DNA of 64,000 bases from Chloroflexota bacterium (lineage in GTDB: Bacteria > Chloroflexota > Dehalococcoidia > DSTF01 > RBG-16-68-14), in contig JADFPV010000003.1 in assembly GCA_022562155.1 (NCBI GenBank), forward strand, positions 412-64,411. The letters are read 5' to 3'. A model generated the notes under the pieces. It was not told the DNA's origin. It was given only the letters and a program-made list of their open reading frames with translations, and did no database searches. Positions 51,415 through 60,932 of this stretch are shown in pieces; within the stretch, counting starts at the first letter, position 1, and the number at the start of each line of letters is the position of its first letter. The position numbers were made by a program, and so were the translations under genes.

Positions 51415-51460
51415 AGCTGCCGCCTAGTATGGGCGTCTTGCTGTAGGTTGTCAACACAGA
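51415..51460 (-). promoter_or_regulatory. TTGACA-N17-CATACT promoter upstream of surface protein 2
   Basis: Conserved with 47735-47785 and 55665-55710. Confidence 0.45.
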
Positions 51461-51469
51461 AGCCTCACC

Positions 51470-51644
51470 CACAGCCCAGCAGAAGCGTTCCCTGACCGAA
51501 GGTCAAGCCTCCTGCCAGGCTGAATCTCAGATTCAGCCGTCTACTGACAGCTATGCTGGTACTGCTGGATCACGGCTGACCCTCGGTCAGCTTGGCAGTT
51601 GCTTCGCAACTGCAGCCCGGCTTGATTCTCCGGCAATCAACGCA
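51470..51644 (-). repeat. second copy of the conserved 3'-flank element (downstream of surface protein 3)
   Basis: Near-identical to 47790-47965, including the relic ccgtctactgacagctatgctggtactgctggatcacg. Confidence 0.6.
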
Positions 51645-54600
51645 TCACTGACAGCTATGCTGGTACTGCTGGATCACGCCCATGATGTCGTTCGACAAGT
51701 CGATGACCCCGTCCGGCGCCGTCATGTTCCACGGATCCGGCCCGGTCGAAGGTCCGCGGTCGAAGTTCACGTCATACTCAGGCTCGGTACCCGTCGGCGC
51801 GTAGTGGATGATCACGCCGAAGATGTCGTTCGTCAGGTCGATGATCTGGTCCGGCGGCCCACCTCCACCACCGAGTACGTCGTAGTAGTCGTTCGGGTTC
51901 TGCCAGTCGCGCATGCCGCCTAACATCTCATCCGGCCCGTTCTCGCGCTGGTCGGTGCAGCCGTCTTCGTCCGTGTCTGTTGGGTCAAACGTTGGTGTCG
52001 GTGTTGGCGTCAGGGTAGATGTAGGCGTCGGCGTAGCCGTCGCCGGTGTCGAGTTGAAGAACACATCGTCGATACCGACATGCAAGATAAATCGGTATAC
52101 GGCGATTCCGAAGCGCAGGCAGACTTCCTGTCCGATGAATGCGCCTGCGTTAGCTGTCACGAGGTCGTAGCCTGACGTGAGCGGATCTCCCGGCTGAGTC
52201 TGATAGAGATTCATGAGAACGTCTGCCGGATCTGTCGTAAATGGGTCGCTCAACATGCCTGCCTTAGTCACCAAGTCGGCCCGGAACTGCTGACTAGACC
52301 AGAAGTCTAGTGTGGGTGTGGTCACGTAGGCACCGGATATGTTCTTGAGATACAGCTGGAACTCTATCTGGCTGCTGGCCAGCACCTGACATCGGTACAG
52401 GACGAGCGTGGCGGGAGCGCCTTGGTTGGTCATGACGGCTTGGAGCCCTTGGGGTGGAGGTGCGACGAGAGGTGCGACAACGCTCGGTGCGCTCGCGCAG
52501 TCGCCCTGAGGCACCTCTGTGCCGGATTGGTTGCACCAACCGCCGGTAGGAGATAGTCCGGCGTCGGGAATGTAAAACCCTTCGCCATCCGCTTCCCAGC
52601 AGGGAACGTCTAAGGAGTCCACAACGCCTTGTTCAAAGTCGTCGTTTCCTCTCGGGCATTCTCCTGGCACTGGGGTGGGTATGGACGTTGGACAGCCCTC
52701 CGGCCCGCACGGTGTTGGTGTCGGCGTGCCGCTCGGTGTTGGCGTGTCGCTCGGCGTTGGCGTGTCGCTCGGCGTTGGTGTATCCGTTGGTGTATCCAGC
52801 GGGGTCGGGGGAATGGGTGTTGGCGGAGTCGTTGGCAGGGGGCAGTCGGGCGCCGGGCACCACTCGAACGCTCCGATGTCACACGTAGCCACGGTGTCCC
52901 CATCGCCATCGGACGCTCTAGGAGCGCCACGCTGATCGGCTGTTGGCGGCGGACAGTCGCTGCTGCCGGCGTCGATGGCCGGGCTACCGGCGAGCAGCGC
53001 GTGGGTCAGCGTTGGGCCGCCGTTGCCGGCCAACGGGCCTAGAAGCGGGTTGGCGTTGCTGATGTCGCCGGTTGCCGCAAGACCGCACGTGCCATCGCTA
53101 TCTAAGTTATGGCCGGCGGAGGTAAAGGGGCCAAAACAGTCCTGCGAAGTGTTGTTAGCGACAATGGTGTTCTTCAGGGTCACTGTGCCGTCACCACTAT
53201 GGATGCCTCCGCCTTCAACGGTTGCTGAGTTGCCGCTAACGTTGCTGTTGTTGATGGTAAGCGCGCCACCTTCAGAGTTGTAGATACCGCCACCGAAGAA
53301 GCCGGCTGAATTGCTGCTCACAGTGCTGTTGCTGACGGTCATCGTGCCGGAGTTGCCGACACCGCCGATGGCAAGGCCCCCTGAATTGCCGCTGACGGTG
53401 CTGTTGGTGATTGAAAGCACACCACCTACAGCGTTGCCTACGCCGCCAAGGATATTAGCCGAGTTGCCACTGACAGTGCTGTTGTTGACGGTCATCGCGC
53501 CGGAGTTGCCGATTCCGCCAACTGCACCATCTGCTGAGTTGGCGCTGATATCACTGTTGTTGATGGTCACCACGCCACCTGTGCTGTTACTTATGCCAGC
53601 CGTCCCGCCAGCAGAGTTGCCGCTGATAGTGCTGCCATTAATGGCGACCTCGCCAACTCCGCCGTTGCCGATTCCGCCACCCGCATTGTCAGCACGATTA
53701 CCGCTGACCGTGCTGTCGTTGAGGGTCAGCGTGCCGGAATTGCCGATACCTCCGTTCGCGTTTCCAACGGAGTTCGCGATGACGGCGCTGTCGTTAAGTG
53801 TCAGAGTGCCACGGTTGCTGATGCCGCCATCCGCGTTGAATTCCCAGCCGTTCCGTATGGTCAGACCAGAGATCTCCACGGTTGCGCCGCTTGCGATGTC
53901 GAAGATGCGGCTGAGCCCGGCGCCGTCGACGGCGGTAGTGGCAGCACCAGCACCATTGAGGTGTAGATCGGTTGTAATAGATAGCTGTCCCTGAGAAAGA
54001 ATGTAGGTATTCGCCGGCACGTCGATCACGTCAGAGCCGGCAAGGGCGTTCGCTTCCTCAATGGCGGCCCGCAGTGTGCAGTCTCCGCTGGCCGTGGCGC
54101 ACACCCCGTTGCCGGGGCTTGCGTCGCCTGCGTCGTCGGTGCTGTTGACTGTGAAGTTGCCTGTTGGTGTCGGCGTGAATGTTGGCGTGGGGCACGGGCC
54201 GCCGCAGGGCGTAGGCGGTAAGTCGGTTGGCGTCCCTTTGGGCCCTAGTAGGTCGAAGGCGTAGGCGGCACCGGCGAGTGAGCCCCCGGTGTCTTCGTAG
54301 TGTGCCCCGACGATGACGGTGTTGCCGCTCACCGCCACGCTACGGCCGAACTCGTCTCCGTCTTTAGCGTCTGAGGCCGTCAGCTTGCTTACCTCACCCC
54401 AGTTGTTCAGGCCGCCCTCGTCGCGACCGAACACGTAGGCGGCGCCGGAGGTCGCTGCTTGGAACTGATTCTCGCGGTTGGCTCCCACTACGGCGCTGTC
54501 GCCGTTCAAGGCGACGCTCACTCCGAAGTGACCGGATGCGTTCGGAGAAGAAGCCACCAGCTTCTTGACCTCGCCCCAGTTGTCGGCACCACCTTCATCA

Positions 54601-55595
54601 CGGACGAATACATAGGCCGCTCCGGACTGCGTAATTACGCCGGTATCGAGTCTCGCCCCCACGATGGCCGTGTTACTGTCGATCGCAACGCTCTCGCCGA
54701 AATTGGCACTAAAGCTGGCATCGGAGGCGACCAGCCGCTTCACCTCGCCCCAATTGTCTGTTCCGCCCTCATCGCGACCGAACACGTAGGCTGCTCCCGC
54801 ATTGCCGGCTTCGGTATCCTCGATCGCCGCCCCGACGACGGCGTTGTCGCCACTGACGGCGACACCAGAGCCGAACCTGGCATCAGCGTGGGCGATGGAT
54901 GGGGTGAGCTTCTGGACCTGGCCCCAGTTGCCTGCACCGCCCTGGTCGCGGTCGAAGACATAGGCTGCGCCGGCATCGCTGCCCCCGGCATCCTCTCTCC
55001 GCGCCCCGACAACGATCGTTTCGCCGCCGATCGCAACGCTCCAACCGAACTCGTCGCCGGCCTGAGCGTCGGAGGCGGTGAGCTTCTTGTTCTCGCCCCA
55101 GTTGTCCGCGCCGCCCTCGTTGCGTTCGTAAACGTAGACCGCCCCGGAATCGCTGCCCCCTGTATCGTGATCACGTGCCCCAACGACGACGGTATCGCCG
55201 CTGATCGACACGCTGTAACCGAACTGGTCGCCAGCCTGTGCATCGGAAGCGGTGAGCTTCTCTACCTCGCCCCAGTTATTTATCCCACCAACATCCCGCT
55301 GGAAAACGTAGGCGGCACCGGCGTTAGCGCCTCCCGCATCATCACCGAATGCCGCCACGACAGCGGTGTCCCCGCTGACAGCCACGCTGCCGCCGAAGCG
55401 TTGGAGTGTATGCCCATCGGAGGCGAGGAGCTTTCTCACCTCGCTCAGCTGCGCCGCCTCGGCGCTCTGCGGCACAGGCCTAAGGCCGGCCGCGCCAAAC
55501 AGCACTCCGGCCGCGATCATGAACATGAACGCGGCGATCGCGGCACGCACCAGGAATGGCACGTTCGTGACGGTCCTGAGTAGCGATCGAGCCAT
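51645..55595 (-). CDS. large secreted modular surface protein 3 (FG-GAP beta-propeller repeats, CSLREA/beta-helix module, PT linker, jelly-roll-like domain, dockerin-like C-terminus)
   Basis: Start at MARSLLRTVTNVPFLVRAAIAAFMFMIAAGV (ATG 55593-55595). About 7 FG-GAP-like repeats (FG.SVA..GD..VVGA.....G..SGAAYVF). CTLRAAIEEANALAG. Shared C-terminal module. Confidence 0.7.
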   Translation of the reverse strand: MARSLLRTVTNVPFLVRAAIAAFMFMIAAGVLFGAAGLRPVPQSAEAAQLSEVRKLLASDGHTLQRFGGSVAVSGDTAVVAAFGDDAGGANAGAAYVFQRDVGGINNWGEVEKLTASDAQAGDQFGYSVSISGDTVVVGARDHDTGGSDSGAVYVYERNEGGADNWGENKKLTASDAQAGDEFGWSVAIGGETIVVGARREDAGGSDAGAAYVFDRDQGGAGNWGQVQKLTPSIAHADARFGSGVAVSGDNAVVGAAIEDTEAGNAGAAYVFGRDEGGTDNWGEVKRLVASDASFSANFGESVAIDSNTAIVGARLDTGVITQSGAAYVFVRDEGGADNWGEVKKLVASSPNASGHFGVSVALNGDSAVVGANRENQFQAATSGAAYVFGRDEGGLNNWGEVSKLTASDAKDGDEFGRSVAVSGNTVIVGAHYEDTGGSLAGAAYAFDLLGPKGTPTDLPPTPCGGPCPTPTFTPTPTGNFTVNSTDDAGDASPGNGVCATASGDCTLRAAIEEANALAGSDVIDVPANTYILSQGQLSITTDLHLNGAGAATTAVDGAGLSRIFDIASGATVEISGLTIRNGWEFNADGGISNRGTLTLNDSAVIANSVGNANGGIGNSGTLTLNDSTVSGNRADNAGGGIGNGGVGEVAINGSTISGNSAGGTAGISNSTGGVVTINNSDISANSADGAVGGIGNSGAMTVNNSTVSGNSANILGGVGNAVGGVLSITNSTVSGNSGGLAIGGVGNSGTMTVSNSTVSSNSAGFFGGGIYNSEGGALTINNSNVSGNSATVEGGGIHSGDGTVTLKNTIVANNTSQDCFGPFTSAGHNLDSDGTCGLAATGDISNANPLLGPLAGNGGPTLTHALLAGSPAIDAGSSDCPPPTADQRGAPRASDGDGDTVATCDIGAFEWCPAPDCPLPTTPPTPIPPTPLDTPTDTPTPSDTPTPSDTPTPSGTPTPTPCGPEGCPTSIPTPVPGECPRGNDDFEQGVVDSLDVPCWEADGEGFYIPDAGLSPTGGWCNQSGTEVPQGDCASAPSVVAPLVAPPPQGLQAVMTNQGAPATLVLYRCQVLASSQIEFQLYLKNISGAYVTTPTLDFWSSQQFRADLVTKAGMLSDPFTTDPADVLMNLYQTQPGDPLTSGYDLVTANAGAFIGQEVCLRFGIAVYRFILHVGIDDVFFNSTPATATPTPTSTLTPTPTPTFDPTDTDEDGCTDQRENGPDEMLGGMRDWQNPNDYYDVLGGGGGPPDQIIDLTNDIFGVIIHYAPTGTEPEYDVNFDRGPSTGPDPWNMTAPDGVIDLSNDIMGVIQQYQHSCQ

Positions 55596-55664
55596 GCTGG
55601 CAACCCCCTTAGACCAACAACGGCTGAGGACTGTGTGGCGGCCGTCGTCCTTGGCGGCCGCTTG

Positions 55665-55710
55665 TAGATGGGGTCTAGTATGATGCTCTTGCCTTAGGTT
55701 GTCAACAGAA
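55665..55710 (-). promoter_or_regulatory. TTGACA-N17-CATACT promoter upstream of surface protein 3
   Basis: Conserved element, see above. Confidence 0.45.
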
Positions 55711-56061
55711 ATCGCTCTAACGTCACTGTCAGACGCCGGACTGTGCCACATCGCCCTCCTAGCTATCCTTCGCGCCGCATATGATCACTGGATCACCATG
55801 CACAACGCAGAATGCAGCGGCCTAAACTTCGATTCGCTTATCATCTCCCCTCTCCCTCTGGGAGAGGGGTTGGGGGTGAGGGCAGAGTCAATCAACCAAT
55901 ACCCCCGATTTCGCCACCCGCCACCTGTTGCCAAGCAACAGCCAAGCTCGCCGAAGGCGAGCCAATCAAGCGATCAAAGCTCACAAGCCAAGGCAGAAAC
56001 CGCCCGCAGGGCTAGCACGTACTCGTACTAACCTCTGCGCGTATCCGATAATGAATGCAGC

Positions 56062-57858
56062 ATGCTCCGCCGAGTCCTGACCACGCTGCCGATCGCGGCC
56101 CTGCTGCTGGTGACCTACCTCACGGCGGCTCCTCACCAGACGGCTGCGAACGAACTGCTCCACGTCGCCAGCGATGTCACCTACGAAGTATCGCCGGATG
56201 AAGGCCCAATCCACGTCACATGGCAGGTCGCTCTCCAGAACAACGACCCGGACACAATGCGAAGTGGATCCGGCGCGTTGCTCTACTACAACAGCCTGAC
56301 TGTTCCCATCCTCCGCGGCGCCACGAACGTGCTCGGTATCGGACCCACGGGTGACCGGCTTGAGGTCAACGTTGATGTAAGTGGCGAAGGTCCGATCGAT
56401 CTAGCTGAAGTCGCCTTTGACCAGCAACTGTTCTACGGCGATTCGTACGGCTTCCAGCTTTCGTACGACATCGTGGAGGCGCGCTCCACGGCGCTACTGG
56501 CCACCGACAGCTATGTGTTTCTCCCGGCGATCGCGAGTGGTGACAGCGCCGATGTCCGCATCGTGACGCCGAACGACAGCAACTGGGAGGTCACGATAGA
56601 GGCGCTCGACTGTCCGCCGGCTGCTGCCGACCTCTTTTTGTGCGGGCCGTCCGAATTCGTCCAGGTCGCGGCATTCGTCGAGGTCGCCCGCGTCGGCGTG
56701 CTGACCAGCTCCAGCTTCTCGGTCCCATTGCAAGCCGCCGAGCTGTCGATTACGCTCCGCCACTTCCCCGGAGAGGAAGCGTGGGCGGATCATATCCAGG
56801 AGCTTACTAAGGCGGCGCTGCCTCTATTGGAGGAGCTGTTCGGCTTCGCCTACCAGGGGGCAACGGTACTGGAGATCACGGAGCGTGGGCGCCAGGACAT
56901 CTCAGGCTATGAAGGAACATTCGGCTGCATCTTCGACTCCTGCGTGATTGGCGTCTCACCGCTCGCCGACGATAGGGTCGCGATCCACGAACTGGCGCAC
57001 CTCTGGACGCAGCCGTTCGAGAGCCGCTGGATCGCCGAAGGGCTCGCCGAATTCATGTCGGAACGCGCCGCCGACGAACTGGGCGTTCTTGTGGAGTCGA
57101 ACCAACCGGGCTCTCCCGCGAGCATTGTAGAGTTGCAGCTCGATGACTGGGGCCGCAGCCGCTACCTCATCGGCGCCACGGAAGCAGACGTGGTGATCGA
57201 AACGACCGGCTACTACAGGTCGCGGACGCTCTTCGAGACGCTCCAGGAGACCGTTGGCCTGAGTGCGCTGCAGACTGCTAACGCCGCAGCCGCGGAGATT
57301 GGCGGCGGCATCGACAGCGAGAGGTATTTCGACCTGCTCGAAGAAGCCAGCGGGTTGCGGCTCGACATGCTGTTCCTCAAGGAGGTCTTCCCCGCATCGC
57401 ACGGCCCGCGACTGGACCAGCGTCGCGACCTGCGAGAGCGCCTGGAGACACTCCGGCCCGAAGCCCGCGCAGCCGGCTTCGCGCTGCCGGCCCGTATCGG
57501 ACAACTGCTGGATGAGTGGGAGTTCGACGAAGCGAACGTCCTGCTCGTCGCCGCTGAGCGCGCCCTAGCCGCCTACCAAGACGCACTCGTTCGCGTCCGC
57601 GAGCCCCGCGACATCTGGAAGAGGATTGGGCTGGCCGGCAAGGACCCTGACGCCACGCTGGGCGAATCCGCAGACGCCTTCGCGGCCACAGAGTTCTCTC
57701 GATCCGAGCGACTCTCTCGAGATGCCATCTCAGAGCTCGATGGCGCAGGCGATGCCGCGCTTGTCCGCGTTGTAATCGGCGCTGTTGTCATCGTCGTCGC
57801 GCTACTCGTACTGGCCGGCGTCCTTTGGATCGCCCGTTCCCGCGCTATCTATCGATAG
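56062..57858 (+). CDS. secreted, C-terminally membrane-anchored putative zinc metallopeptidase (HExxH)
   Basis: Signal peptide MLRRVLTTLPIAALLLVTYLTAAP. AIHELAHLW HExxH motif. C-terminal TM helix plus RSRAIYR. Confidence 0.5.
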   Translation: MLRRVLTTLPIAALLLVTYLTAAPHQTAANELLHVASDVTYEVSPDEGPIHVTWQVALQNNDPDTMRSGSGALLYYNSLTVPILRGATNVLGIGPTGDRLEVNVDVSGEGPIDLAEVAFDQQLFYGDSYGFQLSYDIVEARSTALLATDSYVFLPAIASGDSADVRIVTPNDSNWEVTIEALDCPPAAADLFLCGPSEFVQVAAFVEVARVGVLTSSSFSVPLQAAELSITLRHFPGEEAWADHIQELTKAALPLLEELFGFAYQGATVLEITERGRQDISGYEGTFGCIFDSCVIGVSPLADDRVAIHELAHLWTQPFESRWIAEGLAEFMSERAADELGVLVESNQPGSPASIVELQLDDWGRSRYLIGATEADVVIETTGYYRSRTLFETLQETVGLSALQTANAAAAEIGGGIDSERYFDLLEEASGLRLDMLFLKEVFPASHGPRLDQRRDLRERLETLRPEARAAGFALPARIGQLLDEWEFDEANVLLVAAERALAAYQDALVRVREPRDIWKRIGLAGKDPDATLGESADAFAATEFSRSERLSRDAISELDGAGDAALVRVVIGAVVIVVALLVLAGVLWIARSRAIYR

Positions 57859-58804
57859 GAACGGCCGCCTCAGCGGCACGGTGCTCATGGCCGATCACGC
57901 TAGTGCATCGCGGTAGCGAGTGATCCGTCCCTGCGCCATGCAGGAGCTTGACCTCCGGCTGGATCGTCACGTGATGGATGTCGAACCGTTGGTGGAGCAT
58001 GTCACACAGCTCGGCGAGCACCTGATCCGAATCTCGGTCGCCTGTCAGTTCGCAGTGGCAGCTCAACGCGACCAGTCCTGATGTCACCGTCCAGATGTGG
58101 AGGTCGTGCAGCCCGACCACGCCCGGCGTCGTCGTGACTGCTTGCTCGACCTCGGCTGTGTCGATGTAGGACGGAACGCTCTCCAAGAGGATGGTGAGAG
58201 ATTCAAACAACAATCTGATCGCGCCGAAGACGATCAGCAGACCGATCGCGACGCTGATGAGAGGGTCGGCGAGGAACCAACCCGTTGTCAGCATGACCAC
58301 GCCGGCGACGACAACGCCGATCGAACCCGCGAGATCGCCGAGCACGTGATAGAACGCGCCTCGGACGTTCAGGCTCTCCGCCTGACGCCCGTGCAGGATG
58401 AACGCGCTGACGACGTTTGCAATCAGCCCAACGGCACCGATGCCCAGCATGGGCCCGCTATTGACGTCGGGAGGATCGGAGAAACGCTGGGCGGCCTGCC
58501 AGAATACGAAGGCCGCGACCAGCAAAAGGATCGTTCCGTTGGCGGCGGCAGCCAGCACTTCGGCGCGCTGGTAACCGAACGTCTGCTGCGCGCTGGCCGG
58601 CCGGGTCGCCATCCAGATCGCGACCAGGGCGATCGACACGGCGAGCACGTCCGACACCATGTGGCCGGCATCGGCGAGGAGGGCGAGGCTGTTGGTGAGA
58701 ATGCCACCAGCAACTTCGACGCCGACGACCGCCACCGCCAGAACCAGCGCGAACGCAAGCGCCCGCCGGTTGGATTTGCGAGACAGCGTCAGTTCGTCGG
58801 TCAT
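57845..58804 (-). CDS. cation diffusion facilitator (CDF) family metal efflux transporter
   Basis: Six TM segments. HMVSDVLAVSIAL and HVLGDLAGSIGVVVAG CDF signatures. His-rich cytoplasmic tail. Confidence 0.8.
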   Translation of the reverse strand: MTDELTLSRKSNRRALAFALVLAVAVVGVEVAGGILTNSLALLADAGHMVSDVLAVSIALVAIWMATRPASAQQTFGYQRAEVLAAAANGTILLLVAAFVFWQAAQRFSDPPDVNSGPMLGIGAVGLIANVVSAFILHGRQAESLNVRGAFYHVLGDLAGSIGVVVAGVVMLTTGWFLADPLISVAIGLLIVFGAIRLLFESLTILLESVPSYIDTAEVEQAVTTTPGVVGLHDLHIWTVTSGLVALSCHCELTGDRDSDQVLAELCDMLHQRFDIHHVTIQPEVKLLHGAGTDHSLPRCTSVIGHEHRAAEAAVPIDR

Positions 58805-58822
58805 GCGGAGGTGACCGTCAGG

Positions 58823-59203
58823 TCACCCATCCTCCTGCACATGGCGCAGCGTGTCCTGGAAGATGTGCTGAATATGGGTGTCGGTGAGACGGTAGTAGAC
58901 CTGGCGGCCGCGCCGGTCCGCGGTGACAAGCTTCATCAGGCGAAGTTCGCGCATCTGGTGCGAGACAGCGGACTCAGAGATACCGAGCACCGTCGCGAGA
59001 TCTCCGTTGCAGAGCTCCCTAAGCGAGAGGGCGTGAATAATCGAAACGCGCGTCGGGTCCGAGAGCACGCGGAAGAGGTCAGCTACGTCGGCGGCCGTCC
59101 CGCGTTCGATGACGGACGAGCGGACGGCATCGACGCGTCTGGCATCGCCCGAGACGGCACTCTCCGCTCCCATAAAGAGAATTTTACTTGCATACTTGCT
59201 CAA
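58823..59203 (-). CDS. ArsR/SmtB-family metalloregulator
   Basis: LSDPTRVSIIHALSLRELCNGDLATVLGISESAVSHQMRELR winged-HTH with Cys in the alpha3 region. Confidence 0.8.
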   Translation of the reverse strand: MSKYASKILFMGAESAVSGDARRVDAVRSSVIERGTAADVADLFRVLSDPTRVSIIHALSLRELCNGDLATVLGISESAVSHQMRELRLMKLVTADRRGRQVYYRLTDTHIQHIFQDTLRHVQEDG

Positions 59204-59213
59204 CTGTCAATGT

Positions 59214-59964
59214 TTAGGAGCTCCGGTCGGCAGGCGTAAGACCCCTGTGCAGCCAGCGAATACGTACCAAGTCTCGCACCTCACGCAGCGCCGACCCGAC
59301 GCCCAGCCTGAAGCTGGAACCTTCGACATGCTGCCATTCGACCGGCACTTGGGCAATCCGGAAACCGAGGCGCTGGGCCATGTAGAGGATCTCCGCATCG
59401 AACGCCCACCCCTCGAGGTGTTGTCGCGGGAAGAGAGCGCGCGCGGCCTCGTGGCGGAACGCCTTGAACCCGCACTGCGTATCTTCAATATCCGACAGCA
59501 GCAAGCGGCGGCGCACTACGGCGAACATCCGGCCGCCGAGCCGACGCCAGGCCGGCTGCGATGCCCGCATGTCACCGCCCCCAGGCTTCACACGGCTGCC
59601 GATCGCGATGTCGGCTCCGGACACGAGCGCGTCGAGCAGCTTCTGCATCTCCTCGGGCGGCATCGCGAGGTCGGCGTCGAGTGAGAGGATGACATCGCCC
59701 GTCGCGGCCTGTGCCCCCGTGCGCACTGCCGCGCCTTTCCCGCGATTTGGCTGGTAGGAGATGAGGCGGGCGGTCACGCCGTCGGGCAGCTCCGCGATCG
59801 ATTCGTTCGCGATCTCAGCGGTGCGGTCCGTGCTGCCGTCATCGACGATGATGATGTCGACGCTGTACGGCTGGGCCGCCGCGTACGCGATCAGCTTCTG
59901 GAGCGACTCGGCGAGGCGCTCTTCCTCGTTGTAGGCGGGGACGACGTAGCTAAGACTCGTGATG
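59214..59964 (-). CDS. family-2 glycosyltransferase (DPM1-like); 5' end uncertain, no canonical start codon in frame
   Basis: In-frame upstream translation gives SLSYVVPAYNEEERL...IIIVDDGSTDRT (GT2 N-terminus) continuing into ...DADL...QCGFKAF. The nearest in-frame upstream stop is at about 59988, with no ATG/GTG/TTG between. Confidence 0.6.
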
Positions 59965-59992
59965 GGCGAGGGCTTGCTTCTTCGGCCATGTG

Positions 59993-60643
59993 CTATGCGA
60001 CGGGCGAGTTATCGGGCTGCTCTTGGCGCCGCTCGTGCTTTCGATACCGCTTGCGCGGCTCGATACCGATCTCTTCCAGCGGCCTGTCCACCAGACGCGA
60101 GACCGCTTCACCGACGTGGCGCGCGCGGCGGAGGCCGTCGTCCAGCATATCGCCACTCACGTTCACCTGGCCGAGCTGGAGCCTCTTGCCGCTCTTCTTC
60201 AGCACTCGCACTTCGTACTGCGCGAAATCGTGCACGCCCTCCGAGTCCACGGAGCCGCCGATCTCTTCGATCTCGATTTGTTCGATCTTCTCGAACGGCA
60301 CCAGCTCCTCGGTGCCAACGCCCATGCCCAACAGGCCCTGCTGCCAGACCGCCGTACGCTTCTCCTTGTTGATGACCACGTGGGCGCCATAGATGGAGTA
60401 GACGAAGCCCATGCCCGAAAAAGGCACGAGGAGGATCGCGGCGCCCATCAGCAGCAACGTGAGCGTGAAGGGCAAGCTTTCTATCCAGAAGACGACCGCT
60501 ATGAACGCCAAGACGCCGAGAACGAAGCCAATCGCGGGAGCGACAGCCGCGCTGCGAGCCGGCCGGATATCGACGACGTGCGGCGTCATCACGCACACGC
60601 GGCGGTGCAGGTCGATCTCGTGTCGTTCATTAGCTTTGGACAT
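59993..60643 (-). CDS. hypothetical membrane protein
   Basis: Start taken at MSKANERHEIDL (ATG 60641-60643). Two TM helices, acidic C-terminal part. The upstream 100-aa extension in the ORF track looks non-coding. Confidence 0.4.
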   Translation of the reverse strand: MSKANERHEIDLHRRVCVMTPHVVDIRPARSAAVAPAIGFVLGVLAFIAVVFWIESLPFTLTLLLMGAAILLVPFSGMGFVYSIYGAHVVINKEKRTAVWQQGLLGMGVGTEELVPFEKIEQIEIEEIGGSVDSEGVHDFAQYEVRVLKKSGKRLQLGQVNVSGDMLDDGLRRARHVGEAVSRLVDRPLEEIGIEPRKRYRKHERRQEQPDNSPVA

Positions 60644-60932
60644 CGGCTGTAGCGCCTCATTATACGGAATACGGACGAGCGTTAGAGAGCGTCTATGCGG
60701 CTGCGCACCACGCGATTCGTTTGCGAAAAATAAAGCCCTGCCAGATTCCCGGAGCGGTTGCTCCGGGTATTCGTTCGTCATTTGGAAACGCACGGCATGA
60801 TTGCTGGGCAGCGTATCGTCGCCGCAATGTTGGCTGACCATGGCACGTTGATCGTAGCGCAGTGCGGAGGTAGCGCGAAGGAGGTAGCGTCGCGCCAGCG
60901 GATGACCGCCTTGAGGTATAATCGTCTGTGTT

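Noticed and set aside
51347-51472. N-terminal extensions of surface proteins 2 and 3 (starts at 51472 and 55751 in the ORF track)
   Set aside because: A conserved signal-anchor Met preceded by an AAGG/GGAGGA RBS lies at 51346 and 55595. The upstream extensions are non-conserved and overlap the conserved promoter and leader.
59990-60652. 220-aa plus-strand ORF and the 317-aa long form of the minus-strand membrane protein
   Set aside because: The plus ORF is antisense nonsense. The minus-strand long form's first 100 aa are Arg/Pro/Gln-rich and non-protein-like. The internal start MSKANERH precedes the TM helices.
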